The translations under genes and the position numbers were made by a program. The notes beneath the pieces are model-generated. The model saw only the letters and a program-made list of their open reading frames with translations, was not told where the DNA came from and ran no database searches. A stretch of 64,000 nt of DNA from Camelus dromedarius. Taxonomy: Eukaryota. Shown piece by piece: positions 1 to 12,989 of the stretch (positions within the stretch are counted from its first letter, which is position 1; each line of letters begins with the position of its first letter). The stretch lies in the NCBI RefSeq assembly GCF_036321535.1, contig NC_087436.1, positions 29,824,001-29,888,000 of the forward strand, in the 5' to 3' direction.

Positions 1-29
1 GATTAAAAATAATAAAACTAATCATATTA

Positions 30-254
30 GACAAATTTATTTGGGTGCTCTCTGTCCATTGACTATTACGTGTCATATCTGGATTATTTCATTTAATCAT
101 GACAAACTAATGAAACAGGTAATACTGTTATCTCCATTTTACAGAAGAGAAAAAAAGATAAACTAAGTACTTTTCTCAAGGTCAATACAGGGAACAAATG
201 ATTCAAATTCAGATGGTTCTGTTTTCAGAGGTCATGTCATTAACCATTATGCTG
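30..254 (-). mobile_element. MIR SINE fragment
   Basis: MIR-like core 'tctccattttacagaagaga...aagtacttttctcaaggtca...gattcaaattcag...ttaaccattatgctg'. Confidence 0.65.
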
Positions 255-289
255 CAATGGCGGCATTATAGTCTGCATAATGAGTAAAC

Positions 290-700
290 TGTTTTTGTTT
301 AGCCATTCTTATACTGATGAATATTTAGAGTTTTTCTAATTGCAGCACAATACTGCAGTTGATATTCTTGCACAGTTATCAACAGTGCATTTCCAAAAGT
401 AGAAAGGCAGAGCTTTATATTATTTACAGACTGTAAAATATATAAGAATTTTACTCTAAAACAACTCCCAGTAATGCATTTATACCAGCGTAGTTGAGCC
501 TGCCCATTTCTCTACATTCTCATTTTATTTTTGTCAGTCTAATGGAGGAAAAATTGTTTTAATTCACTTATTAGCTGTATTTGGATTGTTTCATATGTTT
601 TAATTCACTTATTAGCAGTATTTGGATTGTTTCATATGTTTATCACCATTTGTATTCCCTCCAATCCAGAGAGGCTGTTCGTATCTTTTGCCTGGTCTTC
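290..700 (-). mobile_element. Old L1 (L1M-type) fragment
   Basis: Degenerate antisense L1 motifs (ctcccagtaatgc, cccatttctctacattctc, ttgttttaattcac, ttcatatgtttatcaccatttgtatt). Confidence 0.5.
555..641. repeat. 41-bp tandem duplication (about 2.1 copies)
   Basis: tgttttaattcacttattagc[t/a]gtatttggattgtttcata at 555-595 and 596-636, one mismatch. Confidence 0.95.
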
Positions 701-1381
701 TGTTATCTTGAGTCTTTCCAAAAACTAGTTTAAATGTCAACTCATCCAAAGAAATATCCCTACTTCCTGCAACTTGAAACATTCTCTTTTTATTTGGTTT
801 TTATAATATTTTATCTGCACTTTCCTTATCATATCACTGTATCACTTTTTACTTTGTATAATTGCTATTTCTGTATTATCCAATCTCCCCTATAATATGC
901 TTTATGGAATAGTTTATGTTGATTAATCTTTATCACTCATATTAAAATTAACAAAAATTAAAATAATGAAAATTTTAATTAATTTAGCTTTTAATTGTTT
1001 TCAGTTATTATGTATGCCACCCAGTGAGAGACATAATTTTTGGCATGTCTTTTTTTGAAACAATTAAAAGGAAACAAAAAAAAAATTATCTCTCTATGAT
1101 CATTCAGATCGGAAAAATGATGTGTTCTAAATAATGATGCTTATTCTGTTTATATATTAAGAGAGCAATTCATATGTCTAGAAACTTCTCTGATTTTTGT
1201 CATTATGGAGAATTTTTAAAAATTTAAAAAAAATCTCTGTCTTTCATTAAATTATAAAGATTTTAAAAAATCTTGATAAACTCATGGAAAAAATGTGAAA
1301 ATTGTTTCATTATTAAAAATGATTATGAAAAGCTCATACAATTATTATTTAGCTTATTCATTAAAGGTTCATTCTGCATTC

Positions 1382-1439
1382 TATTAGGAAATATGGAAAT
1401 ACAATATAGGAATATTAGGAAATATAGAAACACAATATA
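1382..1439. repeat. Degenerate 31-bp-period duplication
   Basis: tattaggaaatatggaaatacaatata (1382-1408) vs tattaggaaatatagaaacacaatata (1413-1439). Confidence 0.8.
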
Positions 1440-1999
1440 AATATAAGAAAGACAATAAGAAAGAGATAAGAATACTGGACTTAGAGTAGAATTCAGGGTA
1501 TGATTGAGGCATGTATGAAAATTTCAACCAAATTGCAAAAGAGTTTGCCATAGAATAGACCCTTCAGGCTCCCTCAGGTTTTAAACATTTCCCTACACGA
1601 CCCTCAACTAGTAAGTACAGTTTACTTTGGACTTTTGAATTCTATGGGTAACAGGAGGTCATGAATATTACTTTAGAAGGCTCAGAATTAAAGCTTGTGT
1701 CCCTAGAATTAGTGTCTTATTTATCAGAATCCACAAACATATTGAAGGAAATTCAAGGATATGGGCATCAAGTTAATAATTGAATGTTTTCTATGGTAAG
1801 TTGTTCTTGGCAAATCTAGAGAAGCAACTTAAAGTTGTGATCATGGTCCGCAGTTCAATCTCTCCAAGTGTTTACTTTTTGCTGCTAGAAAGGATTCTGC
1901 CTATGTATATTTCAAAGCACCAGTGTTTTAAGAATCTGTAAAGTATTATAATTCAGGAATATCTGTTGAAGAATCAAGAACAGGTCATTAATGATCTCA

Positions 2000-2260
2000 T
2001 AGAACAATTCTCCCATATAGTGTTTCTTGGGGACACTAGTTTCTTGAGATTGAATGAAAAGGGAAAGTGATGTTCACATGTAAATCAATTTGGGAAATTT
2101 ATATACTTAAGCTTCCTTTTGGAGATTCAGAAAGAACAGTAGCATATTAACAGCTATAAGGCAACTAATATTTTAAGCTATGTTTAAGCATGTATAAAAG
2201 AAGCATATTTAAAAAGGGAATCTTTGCCTTATCAGGATTTCACTTTTCAGAAAATATAAG
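2000..2260. mobile_element. Possible ancient hAT/Charlie-type DNA transposon remnant
   Basis: Motifs 'gtgtttcttggggacactagt', 'tttgggaaat', 'agcatattaacagct' resemble recalled MER/Charlie elements; family uncertain. Confidence 0.3.
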
Positions 2261-2509
2261 GCTTATCTGTACAGTTTCTTATGGCAAATACCATGAAGAC
2301 ATTTTTTATGAAATGGGTATACATTTGTGTGGGTATTTCTTAAGGAACTTCTTTGGCAGTATTTGCACTTGCTTGGCAATGTTTGTTCCTCATGGAATCA
2401 GGGCTGTTCACTTTGGAACATATTTCAGTAGCTTGCCTGTTTTCTCAGGTGTTTTCCCTGATTGCAGTCAGCCGTGGCTGTGCATCTCTTCCCTTCAGTC
2501 AAGGTTCAC

Positions 2510-2724
2510 ATTGAGCATAAAGCATAAGAATAGGGGCTTTGGAATTCCATAAATACGGAATCCAATTTCATCTGTGTTGCTGATAAGCTGTGTGAAATAA
2601 GGGCAGGTTTTTGAACCTCTCTCATTTGTAGTTTCCTTATTTGAAAAGTAGAGATATTAATATTGACTGTAGAGAGGTAGATTAAATTGCTATATAAGAA
2701 AAACTCAATAGATCATGGCTATTA
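2510..2724 (+). mobile_element. MIR SINE
   Basis: 'ggctttggaa...agctgtgtga...gggcaggtttttgaacctctct...gtttccttatttgaaaagtagagatattaat...aaactcaata' ending in an ATT tail. Confidence 0.7.

Positions 2725-2784
<60 letters not shown>
2725..2784. repeat. (ATT)20 microsatellite
   Basis: Uninterrupted ATT run at the MIR 3' tail. Confidence 0.97.
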
Positions 2785-2786
<2 letters not shown>

Positions 2787-3049
2787 TAATTATTAATTTC
2801 CTTTGTGTGAAGCCTGCCTTCAGAGGGGATACACCTATGAGAGAGAGAAAAAAAGTCTTTTACAGTCCAGTCTGCACATATGGATTGGTCTTATATACAC
2901 ATGCACACATTTTTTTTTTCACTTAAAATATAAAAAAGAAGTTAATTAGCCAGCCACTTTGTGTGATGATTTTCTGATACATTAAAAAAAAAAAGATCTT
3001 GGCAGACACTGATGTTAGGCTATGTGATAGGCTATGCAAAACTATTCAT

Positions 3050-3474
3050 AAATGTTTTCTCTTGCCTTCATTTTTTTATCTGGTAAGCTAAAATATCAAT
3101 GCTTTCTGGTGTGGCTATTAATCCAGACAATATATAAGTAAATCTCACAGGTGAGGTTTCCAAGAGTCTTTAAAACAGTACACACTTGATTTGTATGTGT
3201 TGTTCATTTGTCCTTTGCTGCTTCAACCTTTCCTCTTTTAATTGCCTAGAATGTGGCCATCATGCATCAAGATGCTATAGGCATCATGCAACCTTATACA
3301 CCATGCTAATAATAATGTAACTCAAATCTTCAGTGTCATTGTGCTTCTGCTTTTCTCCCAGTTGTGGACTGCCTTCACCCACTTTTTTGGTAAAAGAGGA
3401 TAAGCCTCTTGCATGTTGACTACTTTTATTTGCAAGCTTTGTTACTTATAGCCAAATTTGTCCTAACTGAAACA
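3050..3474 (+). mobile_element. Old MaLR LTR (MLT1J/K-like)
   Basis: 3' end 'gttacttatagccaaatttgtcctaactgaaaca' and internal 'tggactgcct' typical of old MLT1. Confidence 0.5.
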
Positions 3475-3534
3475 AATATTGATATTTAGGTCACACATTG
3501 TCTGAAGATTATATTAAATTACATACAGAGTTCC

Positions 3535-3925
3535 TTTCATTCAATAGCAAACATTTTTAAGTGACTGGTAGGAGCAATGTGATATTTCAGCTACTAGAGT
3601 AATGTGATGAACTGAAGAGGAAGAAGTCATGAAAAAGTAGTCAAGGAAATGTGTTCTAACAAATGATGTTTGAAGACAGCGACATTTGAAACTAAAAGAA
3701 TTAGATGGCCCAGCTTTGTAAAATATCTTGGGACTATAGCATTCCTTTTTTCAATTAACCATGCAACTTACCTATTGTATTAAAAGACACTTTTTTTTTT
3801 TGGTCCATCCTAAAAGAAAACTTGATTAGTTTGAATATAAGGAGTGAGAGGGCAATTGGAAGAAATATAGAAGAGGTAAGCAGATGCCAGATTACATAGA
3901 GACTTGTAGGAAACAAAGAAAATAG
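3535..3925 (-). mobile_element. L2 fragment
   Basis: 'cattcaatagcaaacatttt', 'gacatttgaa', 'agcattcc', 'gccagattacatagagacttgtagg'. Confidence 0.5.
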
Positions 3926-3931
3926 TTTCTA

Positions 3932-4488
3932 TGTATTCCAGTAGTTTTGCTGCATAATAAAGCACCTCAAACATACTGGCATAAAACAATAAACTTCTAT
4001 TATAGTCACAGAGTCTGCAGGTCAGGAATTCATAAAGGGCATAGTGAGGATAGCTCTTACCTACTCCTCATGATAGGGTGTCAGCTGAAAAGACACCCAT
4101 ACCTGGAAGTGACCCAAATAGCTGGGGGAAGGTGCATCTGTGAGAGTGCTTCTTTATTCACATACCTGGCACCTGGGCTTGAGCATTTGAAGCCAGGGAT
4201 GAACTAAGCCTGTCACCTGGACCCTTATGCAAGGTCTCTCTACGTAGCTTAGGTTGTTTCCAGCCTGGCAACAGAGAGGACATCCTGAGAGTGACTATTC
4301 TGAGAGGACTGAGCAGAAATTGCATGGTCTATCCTGACCAGATCTCAAAAGTTACATAACATTGTTTCTGTTGTATTGATCAAAGAAGAAGTCATAGATC
4401 CTCCCAGATTCAAGGTCAGAGATAATAGACTTCATCTCTCAGTGGATTGAAAGTTGAAGAATTCTGAGGCTGTATTTTATAACCATAA
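3932..4488 (-). mobile_element. MaLR solo LTR (MLT1F/G/H-like)
   Basis: Starts tgtattcc...gctgcataataaagcacctcaaa...ggtcaggaatt; flanked by 5-bp TSD TTCTA (3927-3931, 4489-4493). Confidence 0.75.
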
Positions 4489-5601
4489 TTCTATATCAAA
4501 TGGGAGGAAAGAAAACATACATATGTATTTTTATTGTATCCATTTTCCTCCAAAGAATTGACTTTTTACTAACCTTCATACTCTGATACTCATAGCTTCC
4601 TTATTTTTTTCCATTAAACTCTGTCTTTCAGGAGCAATTCTAACCAATTATTTTACATTACATTGTGAACTAAAGATAATTTTAAAGTATTGCTATTTGG
4701 GGGGGTATATTTATTTCACAAATTTATAAATCTGGGTAATTTATTAAACTCCATTTCCTAGGTGAGTTAAAGTAGAAAGGTAGAGTCTGAACAGGGTATA
4801 ATGGATATGCCTTAATTATTTCAGTGCAGAAACTGGTGAATCAGGCAGCATGTGTCCTATCTAAAAGGAATACCCATTATTAACATTTTTTTTCTTGCCG
4901 TAGGAAACTGAGGACACATAATGCCAGATTATTTTTCCCAGAAAAGCCAGAAATTGGAATTTTTTCTGAATTCTTTGAAGTATAAAGTGTTATGTTAAAA
5001 TTAAAAAAAAAAAATCCTTATCTGTAAGTCTTTATTCATCTAAAGACTTCCAACTCATGAACACTCCTTAAGTTAAAATAAGATATTAGTCATAGAATTT
5101 AAGGCAGAGTGGAGATGGTTATTATTTTGAAGGCAGTAATCATTACCACAATCCCTGAAAATATGCAGTAGGTACTTTGTATAATTATTTGTTATATTAC
5201 CATAGGATTTTTTTCTTCAAATTCTTTCAATGAGATAAAAAATAAGCATTTATTTTTAAGTGAGTAATTTTACAACATTGAATCATTTACCTAATTATAG
5301 AACTTAATTTGGTGCTTTGTATCCACTAAATCAAATACTTACTTTATGTTTGCAGCATTTCAGTTTTTTTTTTAATAAATCATTTTCTATGTGTGAGGAA
5401 AATTTTTTTCACATATTAATTGAAAATATTAGAGCTTCTAAGAAAGAGTAAAAGCTAGGATAAACTAATCCTAATTTCAGTTGTACTCTATGTTTGCCAT
5501 TACATGAACTATTAAAAAAAAAATCCCCCTAATTTTGTGTGATATAAAAAGAAATTGTGTGTTAGGATATTCAATAAAACTATGTCAGGAAGCACAGTTA
5601 C

Positions 5602-5657
5602 ATCAGTAGAACCACAGTCATGAACCAGGGTCATATCAATAGAACCACAGTCATGAA
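5602..5657. repeat. 23-bp direct repeat, 33-bp period
   Basis: atca[g/a]tagaaccacagtcatgaa at 5602-5624 and 5635-5657. Confidence 0.9.
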
Positions 5658-6399
5658 GGATGTAGAGAGAAAGAGTGAGGATGTGATTTCTGTAAAATTA
5701 GAGTAGGGTGGAGTCACAGAATTTGTTACCTGTAATTTCCAGAAATAATCATAGAGTTTAAGAAGAGAGAAGACTGTCAGGAAATAGGCATTTCTTACAG
5801 TCAAAAAGTAGCTTTGTTTTGTTTTGTTTTTATCAGCCACACATATTTACCTAGTTCAACTCTCATTTTTATGTTAACAATTCCATAATAACTTTATTTA
5901 CCTTTATTCTTTCTTTTTGCATTCCTTTACCTTTGTATTTATTCATATAAAGTAGTTGTATAGATTTTATTTTAAAATGAAAATTTCCTTTCAAAATTTC
6001 AAAAGCAGAACATAACAAATTTTTATTCCAACAGGTCTGCTACTCTGTCTTCTTTGTTTCAACAAATGTTACCACCAGCAATCCCATCAGATACATTGAG
6101 TCAACTGGTAAATCATTTATGTCTCTTTTATACATTGTTTTTCATGAAGTTTTCCAGTACCATTATGTCTCACCTCAAATATCAAAATGCCAATGATTTT
6201 GATTTCCTTTCCTCTAATCTGTTCCACTTAATCTAACACAATTCTCTGAGTTATGACAAATTCCAATTCTGTTCATAAACCTTCAAAGACCTTCCACTGA
6301 ATTTTAACAGAGTTAGAATAGACGATTACTTCAGTCATGGGTTAATGTTTAGCAAAATACCTCATCATCTGTCTTTTTCAAAAAATCAATATAGTTATT

Positions 6400-7037
6400 A
6401 AAATATTCAACTTTTAACTATAAAATATTTCAGATATGCCAAAAGTAGAAGGAAGCTTTTGATACAGCTACAAAACTGTAAATAAGATTTTACTATAAGA
6501 AATTCTACAAAAGATAGCTACCATCCTAAATTGATGTTTACCATTTTCATATATATTTCCATACTTTTACCTAAAAATATATGTATGGAATATTTATATA
6601 TGGCATATAATGTTGGTTAAATTTTCAAAATTAAAATAAATATAATAATTTTGTGTATAACTTGGAGCATACTTTTAATCTTACTGTTAGTATTTTTGAG
6701 ATCCATTCGTGATGATAGTTGGATATCCATTTCTGTTATATATGTGTATGGAATTTCATTAAATAAATAATAGAAACCATTTACATATTAAGAAATATTT
6801 AAGACAGTTAAAATTATTTTAAATGCTAAATACAGTCCTGGAATTAATATTCGTAGACTCCTTGTTCATATATGCTAGGGTTTTTGTAGGATTGATGTTG
6901 AGGAGGGGTTTCAGAACTTTGAGTGTGTGCATCTTAAGTCATTTTAGGTATTGCCAAGTAGCTTTCCAAAGTAGTGGTGTGAATTTACCTTTCCACCATA
7001 CAAACATCAAAGTTCCTGTTTTCCCATCGCCTCACAA
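6400..7037 (-). mobile_element. Old L1 (L1ME-like) 3' fragment
   Basis: 'tttttgagatccattc', 'ttgccaagtagctttccaaagtagtggtgtgaatttaccttccacc', 'gttcctgttttcccatcgcctcac'. Confidence 0.65.
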
Positions 7038-7457
7038 TCAGAGGAGACCTTCTCAAGCACTAAGTGGTAATATAGAATGATCAATGTGATCACTTGAACT
7101 ACTCAATTTGCTCAAATAAAATATATTTTGCATGTTCTTTAAAAGTGGAAAAAACATGGTTTTCACATTTGAAGTTAGTGTGATGTTTGGATACAGTTTA
7201 TAATTTTTTCGTATGTTAACCAACTGTACTACACACTGCTATATTTTGAAGTTACTCATTTTCCTAGTTGATGTGAAATTAACACAAGATATCGAAAGTC
7301 TTACATCTATTTATGATTCCCATGTTATGCTACAGTGGTCAAATTCTTCATCTCTGATTCACTGGCACACTGTCACAATTACTAAGTGTTTATAATCAAT
7401 TTTTATTCAGTATCTACTCAGTGTCAGTAAATAAATTTGCTGAGACTGTTAACAAAT

Positions 7458-7910
7458 TGTTACGGAAACGACAGGCCAGTCAAGAAACAAGCACCACTCA
7501 GAGGGTTGGAGTACTCAGATGTATTACGCAGGCGGGCTCAGAGGGGCTTCTGCTCCGAAGCTCTGAGCACCTTCAAGATGTGCACATGAGGTTTTATAGG
7601 GTAAAGTACAAGCTTGGGGTATTCGGCCAATAGGCATGGAACAGCTTTAGCAGCATTATCATCACAAAAGTGGAGGCAGGGAGGCAGCAAACCAACATTC
7701 CAAAGCCAGATACGTATCTTTGAAAACCCAGCCGGCTAGCAAAAACACATAAACAGCAAACCAACACTAATTAACCTAGATTTACAAGTTAGTCTAGCAG
7801 AACTCAGATCAGTATTCCAATACTTAGACTTGTTAGCCCAGCCCAGCCTCTCCTTCACGTTCCTAGACCTGTGAGTTATCTTGTTAGACCAGCCCAGCTT
7901 TTCCTTCACA
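7458..7910 (-). mobile_element. ERV1-like solo LTR (453 bp)
   Basis: TG...CA termini, perfect 4-bp TSD AAAT (7454-7457, 7911-7914), minus-strand TATA (ctataaaa, ~7592-7599), U3 direct repeats, retained CpGs. Confidence 0.9.
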
Positions 7911-8148
7911 AAATTACCACCAACTTTTTTGGCTTAAAGTGAGAGATATATTCTCTCTCAGTTCCAGAGGTCTGAAGTCCACTGGAAGGGACTGTAGGTG
8001 TAGGTAGGTCATGATTCTTCCAAAGGTTCTTGAGGAGAATCTTCCTTTGCTTCTTCTAGCTTTAGGTGGCTCCAGGCATTCTTTAGTTTGTGACTGCATA
8101 ACTCAGATCTCTGCCTCTGTCCTCACATAGCATTCTCTTCTCTGTGTA
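7911..8148 (-). mobile_element. MLT1C-like MaLR LTR, split by the ERV1 LTR (remainder ~7421-7457)
   Basis: 'aacaaat|taccaccaact...ggcttaaa...ttctctctcagttccagaggtctgaagtcc...ggagaatcttcctttgcttcttctagcttt...gcataactcagatctctgcctctg'. Confidence 0.8.
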
Positions 8149-8819
8149 CAAGGTGATGTTTTAATATACATATTCATTGTAATGTGATGACAGTAAAGTT
8201 ACAATGTATTTCTAGCATGCAATATGTATTAATAACTGTAGTCACAATACTTTTCCAGTACTTTAACTATATTTTGTCCTTAAGAGTTGTTACTGTTATT
8301 GTTAGTGATAGTCGTAGTATATAGTTTTCTAATAGTCAATGGTTAGATTTGCCTTGGCATTTAACAGTTCTTGTATTTATCATTGCTACTTGCTTTCCGT
8401 AATTCCCTTTTTACCTTCATTTCCTTCTTCCTGTACTATTCTTTTAATAGTGATTCTTCAGCAAGTCTATGAGTTGTAATTTCTTAAAACTTTTGTTGAC
8501 CTAAAAAGTCTTTTTTCCCCCTCTTTCACTGCTGTGTATAATATTTTATCTTTAATTGTAGTCTTTTGCACTTGGAAGTTTATTCCATTGCATATGAAAA
8601 ATCTCATATATTCTCAAAATTATTATGTGGGCTTTTATCTGTATACCTCCAATACTGCAGAGAAGTTGGGACTGTAGTAAATGGAAAGGCAACCATACTT
8701 ATTAAAGGCATATTTCCAGGTGAGGTATCTCATATGGCTTACTTTAGGAAGTAGATCAAATAAAAATAATTCATGGTAAAAAGTATGGATTTATGAGCTT
8801 TAATGTTGTTTTAGGTAGC

Positions 8820-8827
<8 letters not shown>

Positions 8828-8851
<24 letters not shown>
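8828..8851. repeat. poly(A) run, ~24 nt
   Basis: Direct reading. Confidence 0.95.
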
Positions 8852-9899
8852 GGTCCTAGTAATATAGCTTGATGTTTCCTGGTCTTTTCTTTCCAGTTCT
8901 TCTATATAACAAGTGCAGTGGACCTTAAATAAGGAATATTTTTCTTTTTCTTTATGAAGATAAGTATAGAAATTCCCAATGAAAATTGTCTTTTAAGCCA
9001 ATTCTCTAACTCTATGAAAGTACTTATTGTATTTTATTTTAGTAGTTTAGACATTAGCCTGTCAGTCACTGAGGAACTGAATTCAATTAAGAAGGTATCA
9101 GCCATGTGCTAGTACTCACTCACATTTTCGCATCCATCTAACAGAATTTTCACAGCATCTGAATGGATGCTAATTCACAAGCATTTGATTTATTGAGCAG
9201 CAAATATCTTTTCATCTATTTTTCTGTTTTTAACATACACAAATCTAGCTGGTTTCTAGAGGTGAGGTTTCATAAGAATTGAATTCATAACATTCAGTCA
9301 TTAGCTTGCACAGTTTTAAGTTATTGCCATGGTAGATATTATGTGTATATATTTTTTTTAAATTAACAAAAAGGATTTTTGGATCTTTGGATTTTTTTTT
9401 TCAGTTTGAAGTTTTACAAGGAATACATTTTGGAAATATTAACCTGTTTTTTTCAGAACAAAAGAGAAATCAGCAAGTAAAAAGAGTTTTGAGATGAAGA
9501 ACCTTGGCTATATATGGGAAAATATATTTGTTAATTTTCAAATGCTGATGCCAAATATTAAATATTTAAGAGTAAGTAAATCAAACTATCCCTAAATATT
9601 ACAAACTTGCTTACAAACATCAACAGATGTTCTTGCCAATCTATGACTTTAAAAGGATGTTGATGTTCTTAAAAATAGCTTTTAAAAAAATAATGAAGTG
9701 ATTTTTTTGTCCTCAGGTGAAGACCCTTGGAGGCATTTTTTTCACATGGTCTGTCAAATTGTATACCCAAACCATAAGTGGATGTCTGAGTAATAATTCA
9801 TCTACCTTTATATGATTTGTCAGGTTTTATTTTCCAAAACAAGAGTTGACATCAGCAATGTCTTCAGTCAGATTTTTTTCAGTTATTTACTAAGATACT

Positions 9900-10296
9900 T
9901 GTTAAAAAATGAAATTCGACTGAGTAAATTTGAAGATCTAACTAGCTTTGTTCAGTGCTTCATGAATCAGGCATCATCCTTTCTAGTCAATGGAAGGGCA
10001 CTCCAAGGAGTAGTACAAACTGAAAGCTTTTTACAAGTAGAAGGAGGGTGAGGCAAGTAAGTTATTAGCAAGAGAAAAAAATTTGTTTCAGGCCAAGTCA
10101 TCTTTTTGGGGGACAAAAAGTGGGGAAGGAACTTCAGGTGTCTTGGTATGAAGATTACATTACTAGTGCTGATCAGGAAATTGAAGATTGTCTGTTTAAA
10201 GGTCACGTTCTTGGGAGAGGTTGAAACTGAAAATGTCTTGGTTTGCTGTCTTGGGAGCAAATGACTACATTTTGGGATTGTTATTTCTTTTCAACA
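9900..10296 (-). mobile_element. ERV1-like solo LTR (~397 bp)
   Basis: tgttaaaa...tttcaaca termini; near TSD tact/tacc; base composition distinct from flanks. Confidence 0.75.
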
Positions 10297-11571
10297 TACC
10301 TGATGTGTATGTCAAGTGCTTTGGCAAAGTATCAAAATATTAGCAAATAATTATTAGGTAAACAAATCACATTAATCTAGATAATAAGATAATGATACAT
10401 TGATAAAAATATAATTATTTCATAAGTTTATAAAAATTTCCAAATGTACTAATTAAATCAAGCTACCTAGAGAAGGGTTTGTAGAAACTAGATATTAATG
10501 TCTAAGTGCAGGTTGTAATGAAAACTCAAAATTGGCTAGACTATTTGGGAAAAATATTACTGAAGATGTGTGGGATAAATGTTTTGATACTTTTAAAAGG
10601 TTTTGCAAAGCCATAGGATTAAGATAACTTAAAAATATATTTTTGAAATATTACTATTTTAAATTCCCATTCCACCTGGTACTATGCCTTACAAACTACA
10701 GTGTGGAACAATAAAACTTTCCTGGATTTCTCTATGCTCCTGTCAAAAGCCCTAACCTCTTGGAACTACACACATACCATGAGAATTAGGTCTGTAGCCA
10801 TTTGTCTAGTTAATTGCTCTGATCTAAAAGCAATAAAACTTCCCTTACCTTCTAAATAGGGTCAAGACATTGTTACAATTATTCTTAAGATTACTAAATC
10901 TTCAGTTACTAGGTCCCCAAATAAAGCCACAGGGTATTAGGAAGTCTAGAGCTTTATCTCTTTCTGTGTATTTACATATCAAAAGTTGAAACTCTAGAAT
11001 TTGAAGTCAACTATTTATCATAAAAGCCTTCACAAGTGGGGCCATCAAGCTTGTGGAGAGATTTACTTTATTTACAAAAGACTGGCACAAGGAGAGATTG
11101 TTTCAGGAAGTTAGGAGGACAGCTGCCTTCTCCCCTTTATAAGCAAAGATAAAAACATGTTGTCATTATTTCTTGTCTATGGAAAATCTGGCTACTCACT
11201 AGGACAGTTGACCTGAGTCTCAACACTTTTTCCCAGGGGTACAGTCTAGAGCAAGGGGCAGCCAAAACACATTATTAAGAAATGTGTCTGACTGAGAATA
11301 CTTGTGTACATATTCAAGATAAAATGAATAGAGCTGAGTATTAAGACTCAACAAACAAGTTATCAAATTTTATTGAATACATGAGTGAATGAATGAATAT
11401 GAAATAGGAATTGAGAGACTGGGTTTAGCTTCTATTCAAGGATACTAGAGAATCAAAATCTGAATAATTTGTAGAATATTTGTCTCATTAAACAGTAAAA
11501 AAGAGCTATTGTTCTTATTTCAGAGAAAATTAAGTCAAAGCAATTTAAACACAAACTATTGCCATGGAGAG

Positions 11572-12050
11572 TGTTGACTGAAATAAATGCACAGCCTAAA
11601 AGTTGAGGGTTATGTTTTATTTGGTGGGAGGACTGGAGCCGGGATGATAGCCTTTCAGATGGCTCTGAGGGATTGCTCTGAAGAGGTAGGGGTGGAGCTG
11701 GGATATATATGAGCTTTACAACAAAGACCAGGTATTGGAACAATAAAAGATTACTTGTTATCTAAAGAAAAGGAGGCATCTCAAGTTAAAGAATTTAGTG
11801 CTTTTCTATGTATGGGAGGAAGCAAACATTTGGGCTCATTGAATTCATTCCTTTGACAAGCATCCAGCTATCTAGGGCCAGTGTCCTGTCCTTTCTTATT
11901 CTGAGTCCCCTCAGGGTGCACCACTGGAGTGGCTGCAGAGGCTGGGCTGCAGGCTTGTCTTCACTGTAGGGAGTTGCAGCAGTGGCTGATGACTTGATGG
12001 CTTCAGAATTCTTTGTTTACTGATAGGGTTTGCAGTATTTTTCATTCACA
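11572..12050 (-). mobile_element. ERV1-like solo LTR (479 bp)
   Basis: tgttgactg...ttcattcaca termini, perfect TSD AGAG (11568-11571, 12051-12054), minus-strand AATAAA ~11617-11622 and TATA-like ~11703-11710. Confidence 0.9.
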
Positions 12051-12989
12051 AGAGGAAGATTGCAAGATTCCTTTCCATCTAGGAGTGTTTATAAATGAGT
12101 TGCTCATTGAGAAGAAAGTCCAACACAAAATGGACATTGATAGCAAGGTCCTCTCAGTTTCATTTATACTAAGTACACTTGTAAGAAAGTTCTCCTTTTA
12201 TATTTTCTTCCTCCTGTCAGGTCTTGAAAAATATAATTTCAGGTCCAAATTTCTGAAATAAATGTGCATCATCAAAGCAAGTTATTTAACTCCTAACTGT
12301 AATGGATTCTCTGATTTATTTTTAATAAATGGCTAATCAGAGTCATGATCCTACTTTGTATGGTCACATTTCAAATCCTTAATCCTCCAGATCAGAGTAT
12401 GTAGGAAACTGAATTATACATTTTTTTTCACCAGGCTGAGTTCTGTCTTTATTTTAGGTTCCTAATTTTTAAATTCAATTTAAAAATTTTAACACCTTTA
12501 ATTAATATTGGTTGATATAGAATGTATCACTTTTTGACTCAGATTATATAAAAATACATGTTGAAAATGATTTTACTTATAGATTTAGACTCCACTGGTA
12601 GCAGCTTTATTTTCCCTCTCCCTTCCTTGAACTCAACTTTTAGATATTTGTCTTGCCCGTCTCCTTACTACTTTTACAATGGTTGAAATTTGCTTCCAGA
12701 TTTTTAAAAAAATCTGTTTTTGTCATTCTGCCCATTTATGCCATTTAAAACATTCTGGTGAAATGTTTTCAAATAACTTTTATAACATCTATTTCAATTT
12801 TTTCAATAAGAGCATATGAATCCTATGTTTAATATACATATAAATTCGTCATTTTAGTGTTTCTGAGCCCCTGGTATTTGGTTGCCTGCATAGAAATCAA
12901 TAAACAAGAGGTAGTTTGATTCAACTAGTGCTTGGCAAGTAATTGCCTTTATGAAACCAATTATTATTGATAACTTTGCACAATGATAG

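Noticed and set aside
2190..2552. 120-aa ORF
   Set aside because: No recognisable domain; overlaps decayed repeats; consistent with chance.
555..5657. Short direct repeats as a CRISPR-like array
   Set aside because: Only two copies each, unrelated units, eukaryotic context, no cas genes.
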